From the IMG/VR virus record IMGVR_UViG_3300036781_000838, positions 1-64,000 of that record: a DNA stretch of 64,000 nt. One strand, written 5' to 3'. Every line of letters starts with the position of its first letter. Positions within the stretch are counted from its first letter, which is position 1. Position numbers and translations under genes: made by a program. Origin of the DNA: a virus. The notes under the pieces were generated by a model. The model saw only the letters and a list, made by a program, of their open reading frames with translations. It was not told the origin of the DNA and searched no databases. This document shows, in pieces, positions 1 through 9,642 of the stretch.

Positions 1-573
1 TTATAGGAACAGAAATACCAGGACGGTGGCGGTGGTTGGTGAAAGAATTCTCACTTTCAGCATTTTGCGAATTTTTGTTTTCATGTCCCGCACAACCTGG
101 TTACTGGTCTTTAGCTTGTCAGCCACTTCCTCATTTTTCATCCCGTGCACGAATGCCATATCGAAGACAGTTCTATATTTTGGAGAAAGCTTTTTGAGTT
201 CGGTGTTGACAAAACTTAATACCTCAGATTTTACGTCGCTTCGGGTGAAGTCTTCCTCGGTGGAAGTTTCAGATCGTTGCAGGAGATCTTTATAAATGCC
301 AGCTTTCAGTTTATTGCGTTCAAGAAAATTGAGACATGCGTTGCGCGTCATTTTGCGGAGGTAGGCCGGCAGGTTTTCGATGTCCCGCAATTCTGAAGAA
401 TTTTGCCACAATTTGTAAAATACGTCTGCAATGATATCCTCAGCATCCTCGTTATTTTCCACAAACTTGTAGGCGAACCAAAACAGCGGACTATACATTT
501 CATTGTATAGCGCGGTAAACGCCTGCGGATTTCCTCGGGCAAAACCCCCTTTAATTTGTTCGGAATGCTTCAT
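1..573 (-). CDS. ECF-family RNA polymerase sigma-70 factor (Bacteroidota type)
   Basis: Region 2 'AEDIIADVFYKLW...YLRKMTRNACLNFL'; region 4 'LSPKYRTVF...GMKNEEVADKL'; short hydrophobic C-terminal tail; stop TAA at 1-3. Confidence 0.9.
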   Translation of the reverse strand: MKHSEQIKGGFARGNPQAFTALYNEMYSPLFWFAYKFVENNEDAEDIIADVFYKLWQNSSELRDIENLPAYLRKMTRNACLNFLERNKLKAGIYKDLLQRSETSTEEDFTRSDVKSEVLSFVNTELKKLSPKYRTVFDMAFVHGMKNEEVADKLKTSNQVVRDMKTKIRKMLKVRILSPTTATVLVFLFL

Positions 574-1212
574 CGGACCAGTTTCTTATCTTTTACCAAA
601 TAGTTGACACGAAGGCTGCTTTACGGTATTTGATACGCGGATAAGATTTAATTAACCCTACCAATCCTTTGCAAGGAATATATGCAAAAATTGTTCTCAG
701 CGCCCTTAACCCAATATAATTCAATCAAGCCTTGTCGAATTAATTCTATAATAACAGCCTAACTGACTGATTATTAATTACTACAAATTTATGAAATGCT
801 ACTATGACCAGTTACAATCGTTGGACTATCTCGTAGGAAGGCAGAGGATTAAGAATCTCTGAACGGGGGTTTAATGCTAATGGTAAGACAAATATATAGC
901 CTGGCGTCCATAATTTTTATAGCCATTTCATATTTTTCCCTTATTAAAGGAACTCATAATTTGAGATTCCTATAGCCCAGTTGCAATTCACTTTTTGATA
1001 AAGCAGGCTTACTCGATTTATGATCAATGGATTAGATCATGAGCGAACAGCGATTGTAAATTAAAAACCGTAGTCCTTTGATCATAAAACTTACTTGCAA
1101 AAAACTATAGATATTTTCATGTAGTCGCCAAGTTTCTCGCCTAAGCTATCTTCCAGTACATCTCCAAAAGGGAAGACCGTCATCTCAAAAGCAAAAAGAT
1201 AGCCGGCTGGAA

Positions 1213-1250
1213 TTTGGCTGGATAAACTTTCTCCAGTATATTATTTATAT
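1213..1250 (+). promoter_or_regulatory. putative phage late-type promoter (TTTG-N20-TATATTAT)
   Basis: TTTG at 1213 and TATATTAT at 1237; same architecture recurs at 3342, 10071, 23846 and 28032. Confidence 0.55.
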
Positions 1251-1285
1251 ACTCTTCCTCTCTTTAAAACCACACCCGTCTTCCT

Positions 1286-2122
1286 ATGAAGCTCGAAGCA
1301 GTCGTCGTATGTATCAACTATTCCGATTTCCTAAAAGTCACCCTTCCCAATAATAAGCAGTTTTTTGACAAACTCGTCGTCGTGACTGATGAGCAGGATA
1401 TTAATACCGTCAAGGTCTGCGAATTCTACAATGTCCAGTGTATCAAAACGAATGCTTTTTATGATGATGCGGACCGGCCTGGTAAACCCAATAAGGCCCG
1501 AGGGATCAATATAGGTCTTAAAGCGCTCTCATTGGATGGTTGGGTGGTCCAACTGGATAGTGACATCTGGCTTCCCCCTATGACCCGTAGCATTCTGGAG
1601 CGCCAGCCCTTGAGCAAGGAAAATATCTATGGCATCGACCGAATGATGTGTAACTCCTATGCCGATTTTTACGATTTCCTATATGTAAAGACAAAGCCCG
1701 TTCATGAAGGCTGGATCTACCTGCACTTGGATCTATTTCCCCTGGGACAGCGGATAACCCAATACTATGGGGAAGGGTATATGCCCATCGGGTATTTTCA
1801 ACTTTGGAACCCGAAAGGAAGCAATATCTTTTCCTATCCCGTTGTCCAGGCAGCCTTCGATCGGACAGATATATTGCACTTAAAGCAATGGAAACGGGAG
1901 AGAAGGGCTTTTATACCAGAGTTAATATGCATTCACCTTGCCAGTGAAGAGCACAAGCAAGGTCAGAATTGGGAGGGAAGAAAGACCAGATCCTTCCTGC
2001 CCTCCAAAAGATTGAGCATCTATAAAGGGATCATGGGCTGGATCCGGAAGGTTTGCTACCGAGTCACCCGCTTCCTGGCCGACTTTTTCAATGGGAAAGA
2101 AAGGTATTTCCATATTGAATAG
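1286..2122 (+). CDS. GT-A fold glycosyltransferase (family 2-like)
   Basis: N-terminal beta-strand 'EAVVVCINY', 'NKARGINIGL', DxD motif 'QLDSD', C-terminal 'FDRTD' and 'IHL'. Confidence 0.75.
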   Translation: MKLEAVVVCINYSDFLKVTLPNNKQFFDKLVVVTDEQDINTVKVCEFYNVQCIKTNAFYDDADRPGKPNKARGINIGLKALSLDGWVVQLDSDIWLPPMTRSILERQPLSKENIYGIDRMMCNSYADFYDFLYVKTKPVHEGWIYLHLDLFPLGQRITQYYGEGYMPIGYFQLWNPKGSNIFSYPVVQAAFDRTDILHLKQWKRERRAFIPELICIHLASEEHKQGQNWEGRKTRSFLPSKRLSIYKGIMGWIRKVCYRVTRFLADFFNGKERYFHIE

Positions 2123-2250
2123 TCGACCAGGATCGGACAAGATTCGTTCAGTAACCTTCCGGGCTTGTAGAATAAAAGTTCACCCGGTCCGGTCCTAAAA
2201 TAGCTCTTAAAAGCTTAAAATAGGGTAGTTTATATAAAAAATACGTCAGG

Positions 2251-2898
2251 TCAAGCTGTCGCCAAATTTCGGAACATGAAGTCTTTCATGAAACTAGGTT
2301 TGGGTATCATTTCTTCGTCGACCCACTCGAATAGCCCAATTTTTTCTTTGTAAACGACGATCTGTTGTTTGCCTCTTTTTCGTTTGGGGTTAATTTCACA
2401 CGCCTTTTTAAGTGTTGCGGTCACCCTGGACCGGAACTCCTTGCGAGCTTTTTTCTTATCAATACTTTTTTGGATCTCCGGGTTTTTCTGCAGGATTATG
2501 ATGTATAGATCGTCCGGGGATACAAAGCGATTAAGTTCACTTAAAACGCCAACAGCCAAAGGAAGCCACTTAAATTCTTTAACCTGCTGCGGGCGTGGTT
2601 GATCGAGGTTTGAAGTGGCCCGCAGTACTCTCAGGTCCTTATCACCGCGCTTATTATTTCGATAGCGAACCAGCTCCTCCAGCAGCAATTTGTTTTCACT
2701 TAGTTTAGTACTTGCAGTGTCATAGTCTGCTTTAGCTTCGATAAACAATTGCTCGGCTTCTTTGTAGGGCACCTGCTTTTCCTGTAGCAGCACAAGTCCC
2801 GCGGCAACATCTGCTTCGGCAATTTCGATAAATTTGTCAACCTGTTTTTCGGTTAAATTAAGCACGTCATAGTCTTTGGTAGTGGAGGCAACTTTCAT
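2251..2898 (-). CDS. hypothetical protein (N-terminal coiled coil, basic C-terminal domain, possibly DNA-binding)
   Basis: 215-aa ORF with heptad-like N-terminal half and K/R-rich C-terminal half. Confidence 0.6.
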   Translation of the reverse strand: MKVASTTKDYDVLNLTEKQVDKFIEIAEADVAAGLVLLQEKQVPYKEAEQLFIEAKADYDTASTKLSENKLLLEELVRYRNNKRGDKDLRVLRATSNLDQPRPQQVKEFKWLPLAVGVLSELNRFVSPDDLYIIILQKNPEIQKSIDKKKARKEFRSRVTATLKKACEINPKRKRGKQQIVVYKEKIGLFEWVDEEMIPKPSFMKDFMFRNLATA

Positions 2899-2938
2899 CG
2901 GTGGTTGTAGATTAAGGTTAATTTATTCTATTAAGCCG

Positions 2939-2970
2939 GCAATCTAAGAAAGTAGTTTTTATTCTCCAAA
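2939..2970 (-). promoter_or_regulatory. possible host-type Bacteroidota sigma70 promoter for 2251..2898
   Basis: On the minus strand TTTG-N20-TAGATTGC, close to the TTTG-N19-21-TAnnTTTG consensus. Confidence 0.35.
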
Positions 2971-3308
2971 TGCATAGTTGTTAATTTTTTTGGCTCTGGG
3001 GATGAGCTATATACAAAAAAATATATGCGTAGCGGCTATCATGATATTCAAGCATTGTGATTAATTATTATATAGCCCATCTGGTATGAATAGTTGACGA
3101 TTTAATGACCGCGATCATCGCACAGAATCGCGTAATGTGTTGTTCCGATTGTATATTGCGACCCTGCCGATATAGGTATTAATGCTTATGAGGTGAAGAA
3201 AAAAAGTATTTTTCACTAAGGGGATACCAACAAAATATTAGATTACGCGCTTTTTAAATTGAGCGTCCATACAGAACAGGTATTATAAATATTTGTAAAA
3301 AATATTAT

Positions 3309-3379
3309 AATAAATTTGTAGAATTTAGAGAATACAATAAATTTGTAGAGTTTAGGTTAATAATGTATCTTATTATTGT
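3309..3379 (+). promoter_or_regulatory. chained promoters within a tandem repeat at the head of the structural operon
   Basis: AATAAATTTGTAGAnTTTAG occurs twice; TTTG(3315)-N19-TAAATTTG(3338) is a consensus Bacteroidota promoter, and its TTTG(3342)-N20-TATCTTAT(3366) forms a second, variant promoter. Confidence 0.6.
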
Positions 3380-3418
3380 AGAACAACATTGAGAAAACAA
3401 ACGCTAAATCCCAATCTA

Positions 3419-3736
3419 ATGAATACTACTGCCCAGCATGCAGAAGTTCAGGAGAAACCAATTGAATTAACCCCCGAACAGATTAAAGAGGCCCGTGAAC
3501 AACGATCACGCTGGTACAAGGACCAGGTCAGTTTTCTGAAGCCGCAACTAGAGTACCAGCGGCTCGTCTCCGAAATTGAAGTATGCAAAGCCACTACCGC
3601 AGAAGCCCAGTTAAAGCAAGCGCAGATATACCTTGCTATCAAAGGCGGCCAACCTTCACCAGATGGTAGGCAAGTGAAGCGACATCAATCCAGGCAGGGA
3701 GCGAAACAAAAGGCAGATATGCCAACCTCCCGGTAA
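3419..3736 (+). CDS. hypothetical phage protein (coiled coil)
   Basis: ORF 3389..3736; first ATG at 3419 lies downstream of the promoter. Confidence 0.65.
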   Translation: MNTTAQHAEVQEKPIELTPEQIKEAREQRSRWYKDQVSFLKPQLEYQRLVSEIEVCKATTAEAQLKQAQIYLAIKGGQPSPDGRQVKRHQSRQGAKQKADMPTSR

Positions 3737-3814
3737 GAAATCATTTGAAAGTATCGTTTTAAATATAATCCGAGAGGATTCAAGCAATCGCGCTCTTAAC
3801 CATAAACCAAAACC

Positions 3815-3934
3815 ATGTTCCGGAACCAGACCAATTCCCCCTATATCCCGGGAATTCTGCAAGTTACTCCTGCGAGATATTTTATCACCCCAGGCCGATT
3901 CTTAAAAATTGAACATCCCCCGGGTGGGGCCTGA
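3815..3934 (+). CDS. possible 39-aa small ORF (MFRNQTNSPYIPGILQVTPARYFITPGRFLKIEHPPGGA)
   Basis: ATG preceded by an A/C-rich leader 'cataaaccaaaacc'; below the ORF-track size cutoff. Confidence 0.25.
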   Translation: MFRNQTNSPYIPGILQVTPARYFITPGRFLKIEHPPGGA

Positions 3935-4142
3935 GTGGTAGTTTATCATTTTGTCTGATAACGCCAACTCGGTCTACCCGAAAAGGACACAAAGTATCCA
4001 ATTTATTTTCCTTCCTTCCAGGAAGATGCAATTTCAGTCATTACTGGACGGCCTAAAATAGCCGGACCAGGTTGAACTGTAATGTCAGACTCTTATAAGC
4101 ATGTCTTTTTCTGAGGGAATAAATTGTTGTGAAGGTAACCCA

Positions 4143-4514
4143 ATGGCACAAGTTCACGTAGTAGAAAAAAAATCCAGGCTGAGTAGATCTGATACTATTA
4201 AGTATCAAATTATTACCCATTGCTTTATCAACAAAATAAGCGTAAGCAACGCCGACATCGATATAGTGGCATACCTGGCCACAATAGGACCGGTAGAGCT
4301 AAACACGTTTTGCATAAAAGCACATGAACAATCGATTTTTGGTTCTGCCCAAACTGCCAGGAATTCTATCAATCGGGCTGCCAAGCATGACCTTATCACA
4401 AAGACCGGGGGAAATAAAAAAATGATCCGTGTTAACCCTGGTCTTCAAATCCAAAGTACCGGAAACATATTGCTGGCGTATAAATTTTTATCCGTTGAAC
4501 CCTACGAAAGCTAA
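4143..4514 (+). CDS. hypothetical phage protein, possible winged HTH
   Basis: 'SAQTARNSINRAAKHDLITK' resembles a wHTH recognition helix and wing; second ATG chosen as start. Confidence 0.6.
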   Translation: MAQVHVVEKKSRLSRSDTIKYQIITHCFINKISVSNADIDIVAYLATIGPVELNTFCIKAHEQSIFGSAQTARNSINRAAKHDLITKTGGNKKMIRVNPGLQIQSTGNILLAYKFLSVEPYES

Positions 4515-4887
4515 ACACTTATTACCGGCTATTGCTGTACGAAACCGGGTAGATATCAATTTATTGGAGCATTTGAACAATTTTTATTGGGACAGGATAA
4601 GAGACACGCTGGCAACCACTGCTGAATCAACAGTAAGGGTATTAAACCTGGGAGAGTTCGAGCGAAAGCATTGGTGCATCGATGGCCGATGCCGTAAAGC
4701 AAAGGCCATTTATGAGAAAATAAAGAACTCTGGAAGGACAGCTGACAAAGATCAACTACTGATGGATATAAAATTGTTGGAAGCTATGAAGGAATTTCGG
4801 GAAGCGGAGGCTAACCGTAAAGCAGAGAAAATATATATCCGACATGAATATAATCAGGCTTTGGAAAAACCGGAATCAAATTATTGA
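4495..4887 (+). CDS. IHF/HU-like DNA-binding protein
   Basis: Helix-helix followed by 'TVRVLNLGEF' (HU-like V.I.xLGxF); probable TTG start overlapping the previous gene. Confidence 0.55.
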   Translation: MNPTKAKHLLPAIAVRNRVDINLLEHLNNFYWDRIRDTLATTAESTVRVLNLGEFERKHWCIDGRCRKAKAIYEKIKNSGRTADKDQLLMDIKLLEAMKEFREAEANRKAEKIYIRHEYNQALEKPESNY

Positions 4888-5173
4888 AGGAGTAAAAAAT
4901 TCTATATTTAAAAAAGAAGACGTAGAGGAGATTGCGAAGGAGCGTGGAGTAATATGTAGTTCTAACAAATGTGCATCTTATGATGTAACCGGGGTTGGAT
5001 GCATGGTCCCTGGCACACAGCCATGCTGTAGCGTGCTGACCGGTGGATGTGGGTGTAGTTTAAAGTTTAAGCTGAGGTCATTATCAAGTTTTTGCCCAAA
5101 AGGATATTGGGACATCGTTTTAAACGAGGACGAAGAACAACAGCTAAAAGAAAAACTTGGGATAAATGATTAG
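4844..5173 (+). CDS. small Cys-rich putative Zn-binding phage protein
   Basis: 'CSSNKC...CC...GCGCSL..K.RSLSSFCPKGYW'. Confidence 0.65.
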   Translation: MNIIRLWKNRNQIIEGVKNSIFKKEDVEEIAKERGVICSSNKCASYDVTGVGCMVPGTQPCCSVLTGGCGCSLKFKLRSLSSFCPKGYWDIVLNEDEEQQLKEKLGIND

Positions 5174-5501
5174 AACGGAGCAGGATGACGTAGAGCTAAT
5201 GCTTATTCATCCAGTCTATAAAACCAAAACGTTTCATAGAACAACTAATGATGGCACCTTAGAGAAATATGATAAGCAAGTTATCATCAGGGAACTATGC
5301 GTTCACCGGTGGTTTAAAAGAGAGGCCATCATAGGGGTACAGGAGTATATTACCTCCAAAAATACCATTGCCAAAAACAGGTGCCTGGTCCTCGATAAAT
5401 ACAGTAACCAATTTTTTGCCGTCTTTCACTCTGTCCAGGAAGTTAGGGACGCCATAAAAATAAAACCCAAAAATAAAATCGGATTCAACATATGTCAGTA
5501 A
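5166..5501 (+). CDS. hypothetical phage protein
   Basis: 111-aa ORF overlapping both neighbours. Confidence 0.6.
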   Translation: MIRTEQDDVELMLIHPVYKTKTFHRTTNDGTLEKYDKQVIIRELCVHRWFKREAIIGVQEYITSKNTIAKNRCLVLDKYSNQFFAVFHSVQEVRDAIKIKPKNKIGFNICQ

Positions 5502-6328
5502 AGTTTAAAACTGAAAATCATACCTATGAAAGCGTTGGGGGAGAAAATATTGATTGGGTATCTGTAACTACCTTTATCAATAATTTTAAAGAAGAATTCA
5601 AGGCCCGAGAAATTGCACTTAGGACATCTACCCGAAAGAAATCAAAATGGTTTGGGCTACCAGTAGACGACATCTTAGCCGCCTGGAGCAATGAAGCGAA
5701 AAGGTCCACGGATCTGGGGACCTGGTTCCACAACCGAAAGGAAGTTGATCTGACAAGCAGAACCACCATCGAACGAAACGGATCTACTTTAAGGGTCGTC
5801 AAACCCATTGTCGAGGATGGTATTAAATATGCACCCATTCAGAAACTTACCGATGCTGTGTACCCGGAGCATTTTGTATATCTTAAGTCTGCCGGCGTAT
5901 GCGGTCAGTCCGATGTAGTAGAGGTAATGAAAGGGCAGGTCAATATCATTGATTACAAAACCAATAAGGAAATCAAACTGGAAGGGTACCGTTCCTGGGA
6001 TGGAACCACCAAAAAGCTAAAGCGACCACTTTCTCACCTGGATGACTGCAACTTTGTTCATTATACCCTCCAGCTTTCCATGTACCTGTTTATTATCCTA
6101 AAGCACAACCCCCATCTCAAACCAGGGACGCTTACCCTGCACCATATTATATTTGAAGAAGAAGGTCGGGATAAGTTTGACAATCCCATCTACAAACTGG
6201 ATGAACAAGGAGATTTCATCGTAAAAGAAGTCATCACTTATGATCTCCCCTACCTAAAGCAGGAATGCATCACCCTGGTCAACTGGATTAAGGAAAACCG
6301 GCAAGAGATCCGGCTGAAGGCCGCGTAA
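5492..6328 (+). CDS. PD-(D/E)XK nuclease (Cas4/RecB-like exonuclease)
   Basis: 'GTWFH', 'GQSDVV...IIDYKT', 'YTLQLSMY'. Confidence 0.88.
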   Translation: MSVKFKTENHTYESVGGENIDWVSVTTFINNFKEEFKAREIALRTSTRKKSKWFGLPVDDILAAWSNEAKRSTDLGTWFHNRKEVDLTSRTTIERNGSTLRVVKPIVEDGIKYAPIQKLTDAVYPEHFVYLKSAGVCGQSDVVEVMKGQVNIIDYKTNKEIKLEGYRSWDGTTKKLKRPLSHLDDCNFVHYTLQLSMYLFIILKHNPHLKPGTLTLHHIIFEEEGRDKFDNPIYKLDEQGDFIVKEVITYDLPYLKQECITLVNWIKENRQEIRLKAA

Positions 6329-6361
6329 AATTTTTTGCGGTCATTTACTAACAAAATTAGT

Positions 6362-6877
6362 ATGGTACGTTTATTCGACATTCTCAACGGGCAGGTAATC
6401 CCCTCGGAGCACTGTTATACGCTAAAGTCGTTAAAGGACATTATGGAAAATCACCAGGAGGACTATCTAACGATCTACCTGTACCTGTTCTATATGACCT
6501 GCCCAAACCCCGACTTGAACCCATTTTTTGATGTGCCTGAAAATGATAAGGAAGAATTGATCACCCAGGAAATAGGTGCATCTTTCTCCCTGGACGATGA
6601 GTACATTTTAAACGGCAAAAATCTTTGTGAAAAGCTCTACCAAACCCCTACTTATAGGGCATATGTAGGAATCAAATCAATGCTCGACAAACTTGCCCGG
6701 TATATGGAAAATACTCCCATAGAACACGGCAGGGATGGCAACCTCACCGGGCTGATCAATGCTGCCGCAAAATTTGAGCAAATCCGGCAATCATACAAAG
6801 GCGCCTTTAAAGAGCTGGAAGAAGAGCAAAAATCCACGGTTCGGGGAGGAAAGAACCTGGCCTACGACGATGTGTAA
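6362..6877 (+). CDS. phage protein immediately upstream of TerL; terminase small subunit candidate
   Basis: Helical protein ending 3 nt before terL, with C-terminal 'VRGG' tail; functional call is positional only. Confidence 0.45.
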   Translation: MVRLFDILNGQVIPSEHCYTLKSLKDIMENHQEDYLTIYLYLFYMTCPNPDLNPFFDVPENDKEELITQEIGASFSLDDEYILNGKNLCEKLYQTPTYRAYVGIKSMLDKLARYMENTPIEHGRDGNLTGLINAAAKFEQIRQSYKGAFKELEEEQKSTVRGGKNLAYDDV

Positions 6878-6880
6878 CCT

Positions 6881-9130
6881 ATGAAGAACCAGTACGATCC
6901 GACCGATGTTAAACCTGCCTATGAAATACCGACGTACGATAGCTCCACTGCCCAGTGGGGCTATACGTCTTTTTATACCTTTGATGAGTTCAGGACATTT
7001 GTAAAAAGTGTCTTCAAAGAACCTGGAAAGTACAAGTTTGATAAAACAGCCTTTTTATTTAACGAACAAGCGAGGCTTTTCTCCGCGAACAAAGTTTACT
7101 GCACGGCTCCTTTCCGGTCCAAAGACTATATCAGCTATTGGGAGAGCCAGAAGCAACGCTGCAGGAAAGGCGCCATTTTCATCGGTGCTGATGGGACCAG
7201 GTGGTACCTTACCCGGGATTATTATATGTGGTTGAACTTCCTGCCGATCATGAATAAGGAGAAGCAGGAGGTATTGGGGTCCGATGACACCGAATCGTTT
7301 GTCGATGTGCGGGATGCTCAGTACCATATGGCGCTGTATGAACTACTAGCTGAACTGCACTATGAACACGCTGCTGTTTTAAAAAAGCGACAAATCGCCT
7401 CTTCCCTTTACCATGCTGCCAAGCTGATAAATCAAATATGGTTTGAAAAGGGATCGACCTGTAAGATGGCGGCATCAGACTGGGACTTTATCGGGGAGGA
7501 AGGGACCTGGAAAATGCTCAACCAGTATCGTTCTTTCCTAAATGAACACACCGGGTGGTATCGGCCCTTTAAACCAGAAGGTGTGGGGATGTGGACCCAA
7601 GGGATTGAGGTCACCGTGAATGGTCGAAAAAGTACCCGCGGTCTCCTTTCCAATTTATTGGGTATTACCTTGGACAAAAGTCCGACTAAAGGTGTAGGCG
7701 GTGCCGTAAAATACTTCTTTTATGAAGAGGGAGGTATAGCCCCAACTGCCAACAAAACCTACGAATATGTAAGGCCGGCACTGCAGTCTGGTCTTGTGAC
7801 CGTAGGTATGTTCATTATTGCCGGCAGCGTGGGGGATCTCAAACAATGTCAACCACTCAAAGACTTCCTGCTCAACCCCCGGGCGAACGGATTTTATGGG
7901 GTGGAGACAAACCTGTTCAATAGCAAGGGGGAAATCAGGTTGTGCGCGCTGTTTATTCCCGAACAGTGGAGCATGCTGCCCTATATCGACGAATTTGGTA
8001 ATTCCCTCGTAGAAGAGGCGCTGGCAGCTATATTAACTGAAAGGGGGCTTTGGAAAAAAGAAGGGCTGGCAGCTGATCAGTACCAGCTCCGGGTTTCCCA
8101 GAAACCCATCAATATCGAGGAGGCTTTTGCTTACCGGGAGGAATCCCCTTTCCCTCAACACCTGGTATCCAAACAACTTCAGCGGATCGAAGACGGGGTG
8201 TATCCGGAAGAATACATCACTCTTTATCGGGACGAGACTGGCAAAGTTGTTTCCAAGCAGTCAAACCAGCTCCCTATCCAGGAATTCCCGCTGCCAAAAG
8301 GTCGAACCGATAAAGAAGGGGTCATCGTCGTCTATGAGAGACCGGATATACTGGCTTCCTGGGGTACTTACTATGCCAGCATTGATCCGGTCTCTGAAGG
8401 TAAAACCACAACATCAGATTCCTTATGCTCCATTTTCATCTATAAAAATGCTATTGAGGTTACCAAACAATTGGAAGATGGCACCTTTGAGCACTACGTT
8501 GAAGGCGACAAACTGGTGGCGGAATGGTGCGGCCGCTTCGATGACATCAATAAAACCCATGAGCGCCTGGAAATGATGATTGAATGGTATAATGCCTGGA
8601 CCCTGGTAGAAGCCAATGTGGGTCTATTCTTTACTTACATGACCTTAAAGCGTAAAACACATTACCTGGTCCCTTCTAACCAGATGATCTTCAACAAGGA
8701 AGTAAGTAACAGCTATGCGCCCAGCCATCCTTTTGGATGGAAGAATACGGGGTCCATCTTTAAAACCCATTTGTTATCAGCAGGTATCGAATTTTTGTCA
8801 GAAAAGATTTCTTCTGATTTCCTGGAAAATGGGGATGAGGTAAATATTAAGTATGGTATTGAGCGACTGCAGGGATCTCGGATGCTCTGCAAAGAAATGC
8901 AGGCATATTATCCGGGATTGAATGTAGACCGGCTGGTCGCATACTGTGCGCTGGTTGCGTTTGTCCGCATCCAACGCGCCATACGAGTAATAAGCCGTAA
9001 GATCGAAATCACCCACTCGAAGGTGTCCCCCAAAGACTTATACCAGATTCCACACCGCCCCTTCAAGAGCTTGATTGGTGGCTCATTGATGAAACCAATC
9101 GGGCGGCCATCCTTTAAACACTTTCGCTGA
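6881..9130 (+). CDS. terL: terminase large subunit
   Basis: Walker A-like 'LKKRQIASS', Walker B 'YFFYEEGG', coupling motif 'AGSVG', RNase H-like 'YYASIDP...DS...LVEAN...NVDRL'. Confidence 0.93.
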   Translation: MKNQYDPTDVKPAYEIPTYDSSTAQWGYTSFYTFDEFRTFVKSVFKEPGKYKFDKTAFLFNEQARLFSANKVYCTAPFRSKDYISYWESQKQRCRKGAIFIGADGTRWYLTRDYYMWLNFLPIMNKEKQEVLGSDDTESFVDVRDAQYHMALYELLAELHYEHAAVLKKRQIASSLYHAAKLINQIWFEKGSTCKMAASDWDFIGEEGTWKMLNQYRSFLNEHTGWYRPFKPEGVGMWTQGIEVTVNGRKSTRGLLSNLLGITLDKSPTKGVGGAVKYFFYEEGGIAPTANKTYEYVRPALQSGLVTVGMFIIAGSVGDLKQCQPLKDFLLNPRANGFYGVETNLFNSKGEIRLCALFIPEQWSMLPYIDEFGNSLVEEALAAILTERGLWKKEGLAADQYQLRVSQKPINIEEAFAYREESPFPQHLVSKQLQRIEDGVYPEEYITLYRDETGKVVSKQSNQLPIQEFPLPKGRTDKEGVIVVYERPDILASWGTYYASIDPVSEGKTTTSDSLCSIFIYKNAIEVTKQLEDGTFEHYVEGDKLVAEWCGRFDDINKTHERLEMMIEWYNAWTLVEANVGLFFTYMTLKRKTHYLVPSNQMIFNKEVSNSYAPSHPFGWKNTGSIFKTHLLSAGIEFLSEKISSDFLENGDEVNIKYGIERLQGSRMLCKEMQAYYPGLNVDRLVAYCALVAFVRIQRAIRVISRKIEITHSKVSPKDLYQIPHRPFKSLIGGSLMKPIGRPSFKHFR

Positions 9131-9160
9131 CGAACAAAGACAACTGCTTATAGCCCATGA

Positions 9161-9553
9161 TTAATTTTGGTTCGAGGGATTGGCTGGAAAAAAGCGAATT
9201 ACTTCCCGTAAAGTCTTTGTTTCCTCGGCATCGCAAAAAACGACCAAATCCTTTACCTGTTTTAGGGAAAAGTGGCAGTTTGCGAAACCCATCTGGTCTC
9301 TCTTGTTAAATCCGATGATCACTGATTTTCCATACACGACTTGTCCTGTTGTGCTAAGCATGAAGGCTAAATAGTCGGTATTTTTATCAGCATCCTCCAT
9401 GGTATACATCGTGTCCCCATTTTCAAATTCTTCCTCGTGCGAAAAAGGTCCACCAAGCGCTTTTTCCATGGGACTTCCTGAAAAATCATAAGTTAATTCA
9501 AAATGAACGTACTTAATTGTCTTGCCTGCAGGGTCAATAAGAATAGCTTTCAT
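9161..9553 (-). CDS. hypothetical protein, paralogue A (DUF3846-like, uncertain)
   Basis: 130 aa; aligns by eye over its full length with 9643..10035. Confidence 0.7.
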   Translation of the reverse strand: MKAILIDPAGKTIKYVHFELTYDFSGSPMEKALGGPFSHEEEFENGDTMYTMEDADKNTDYLAFMLSTTGQVVYGKSVIIGFNKRDQMGFANCHFSLKQVKDLVVFCDAEETKTLREVIRFFPANPSNQN

Positions 9554-9642
9554 GATCGAATAAAATGGTTTTTTTAATAACAGAATAGTTGTTCGGAGTA
9601 CCTTAAATGCTTTGGCTGATTATGCGTACATCCGGCCAAGTT

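Noticed and set aside
574-3300. att site or integrase
   Set aside because: No recombinase, tRNA or partner repeat is identifiable within the window
3950-3995. Hammerhead-like CTGATAA...GAAA, or a tRNA
   Set aside because: The core deviates from CUGAnGA, the stems are unconvincing, and there is no cloverleaf or T-loop
3280-6328. CRISPR array with a Cas4-like gene
   Set aside because: Only two short repeats with no spacer-sized unique sequences; the PD-(D/E)XK gene is a common solo phage nuclease
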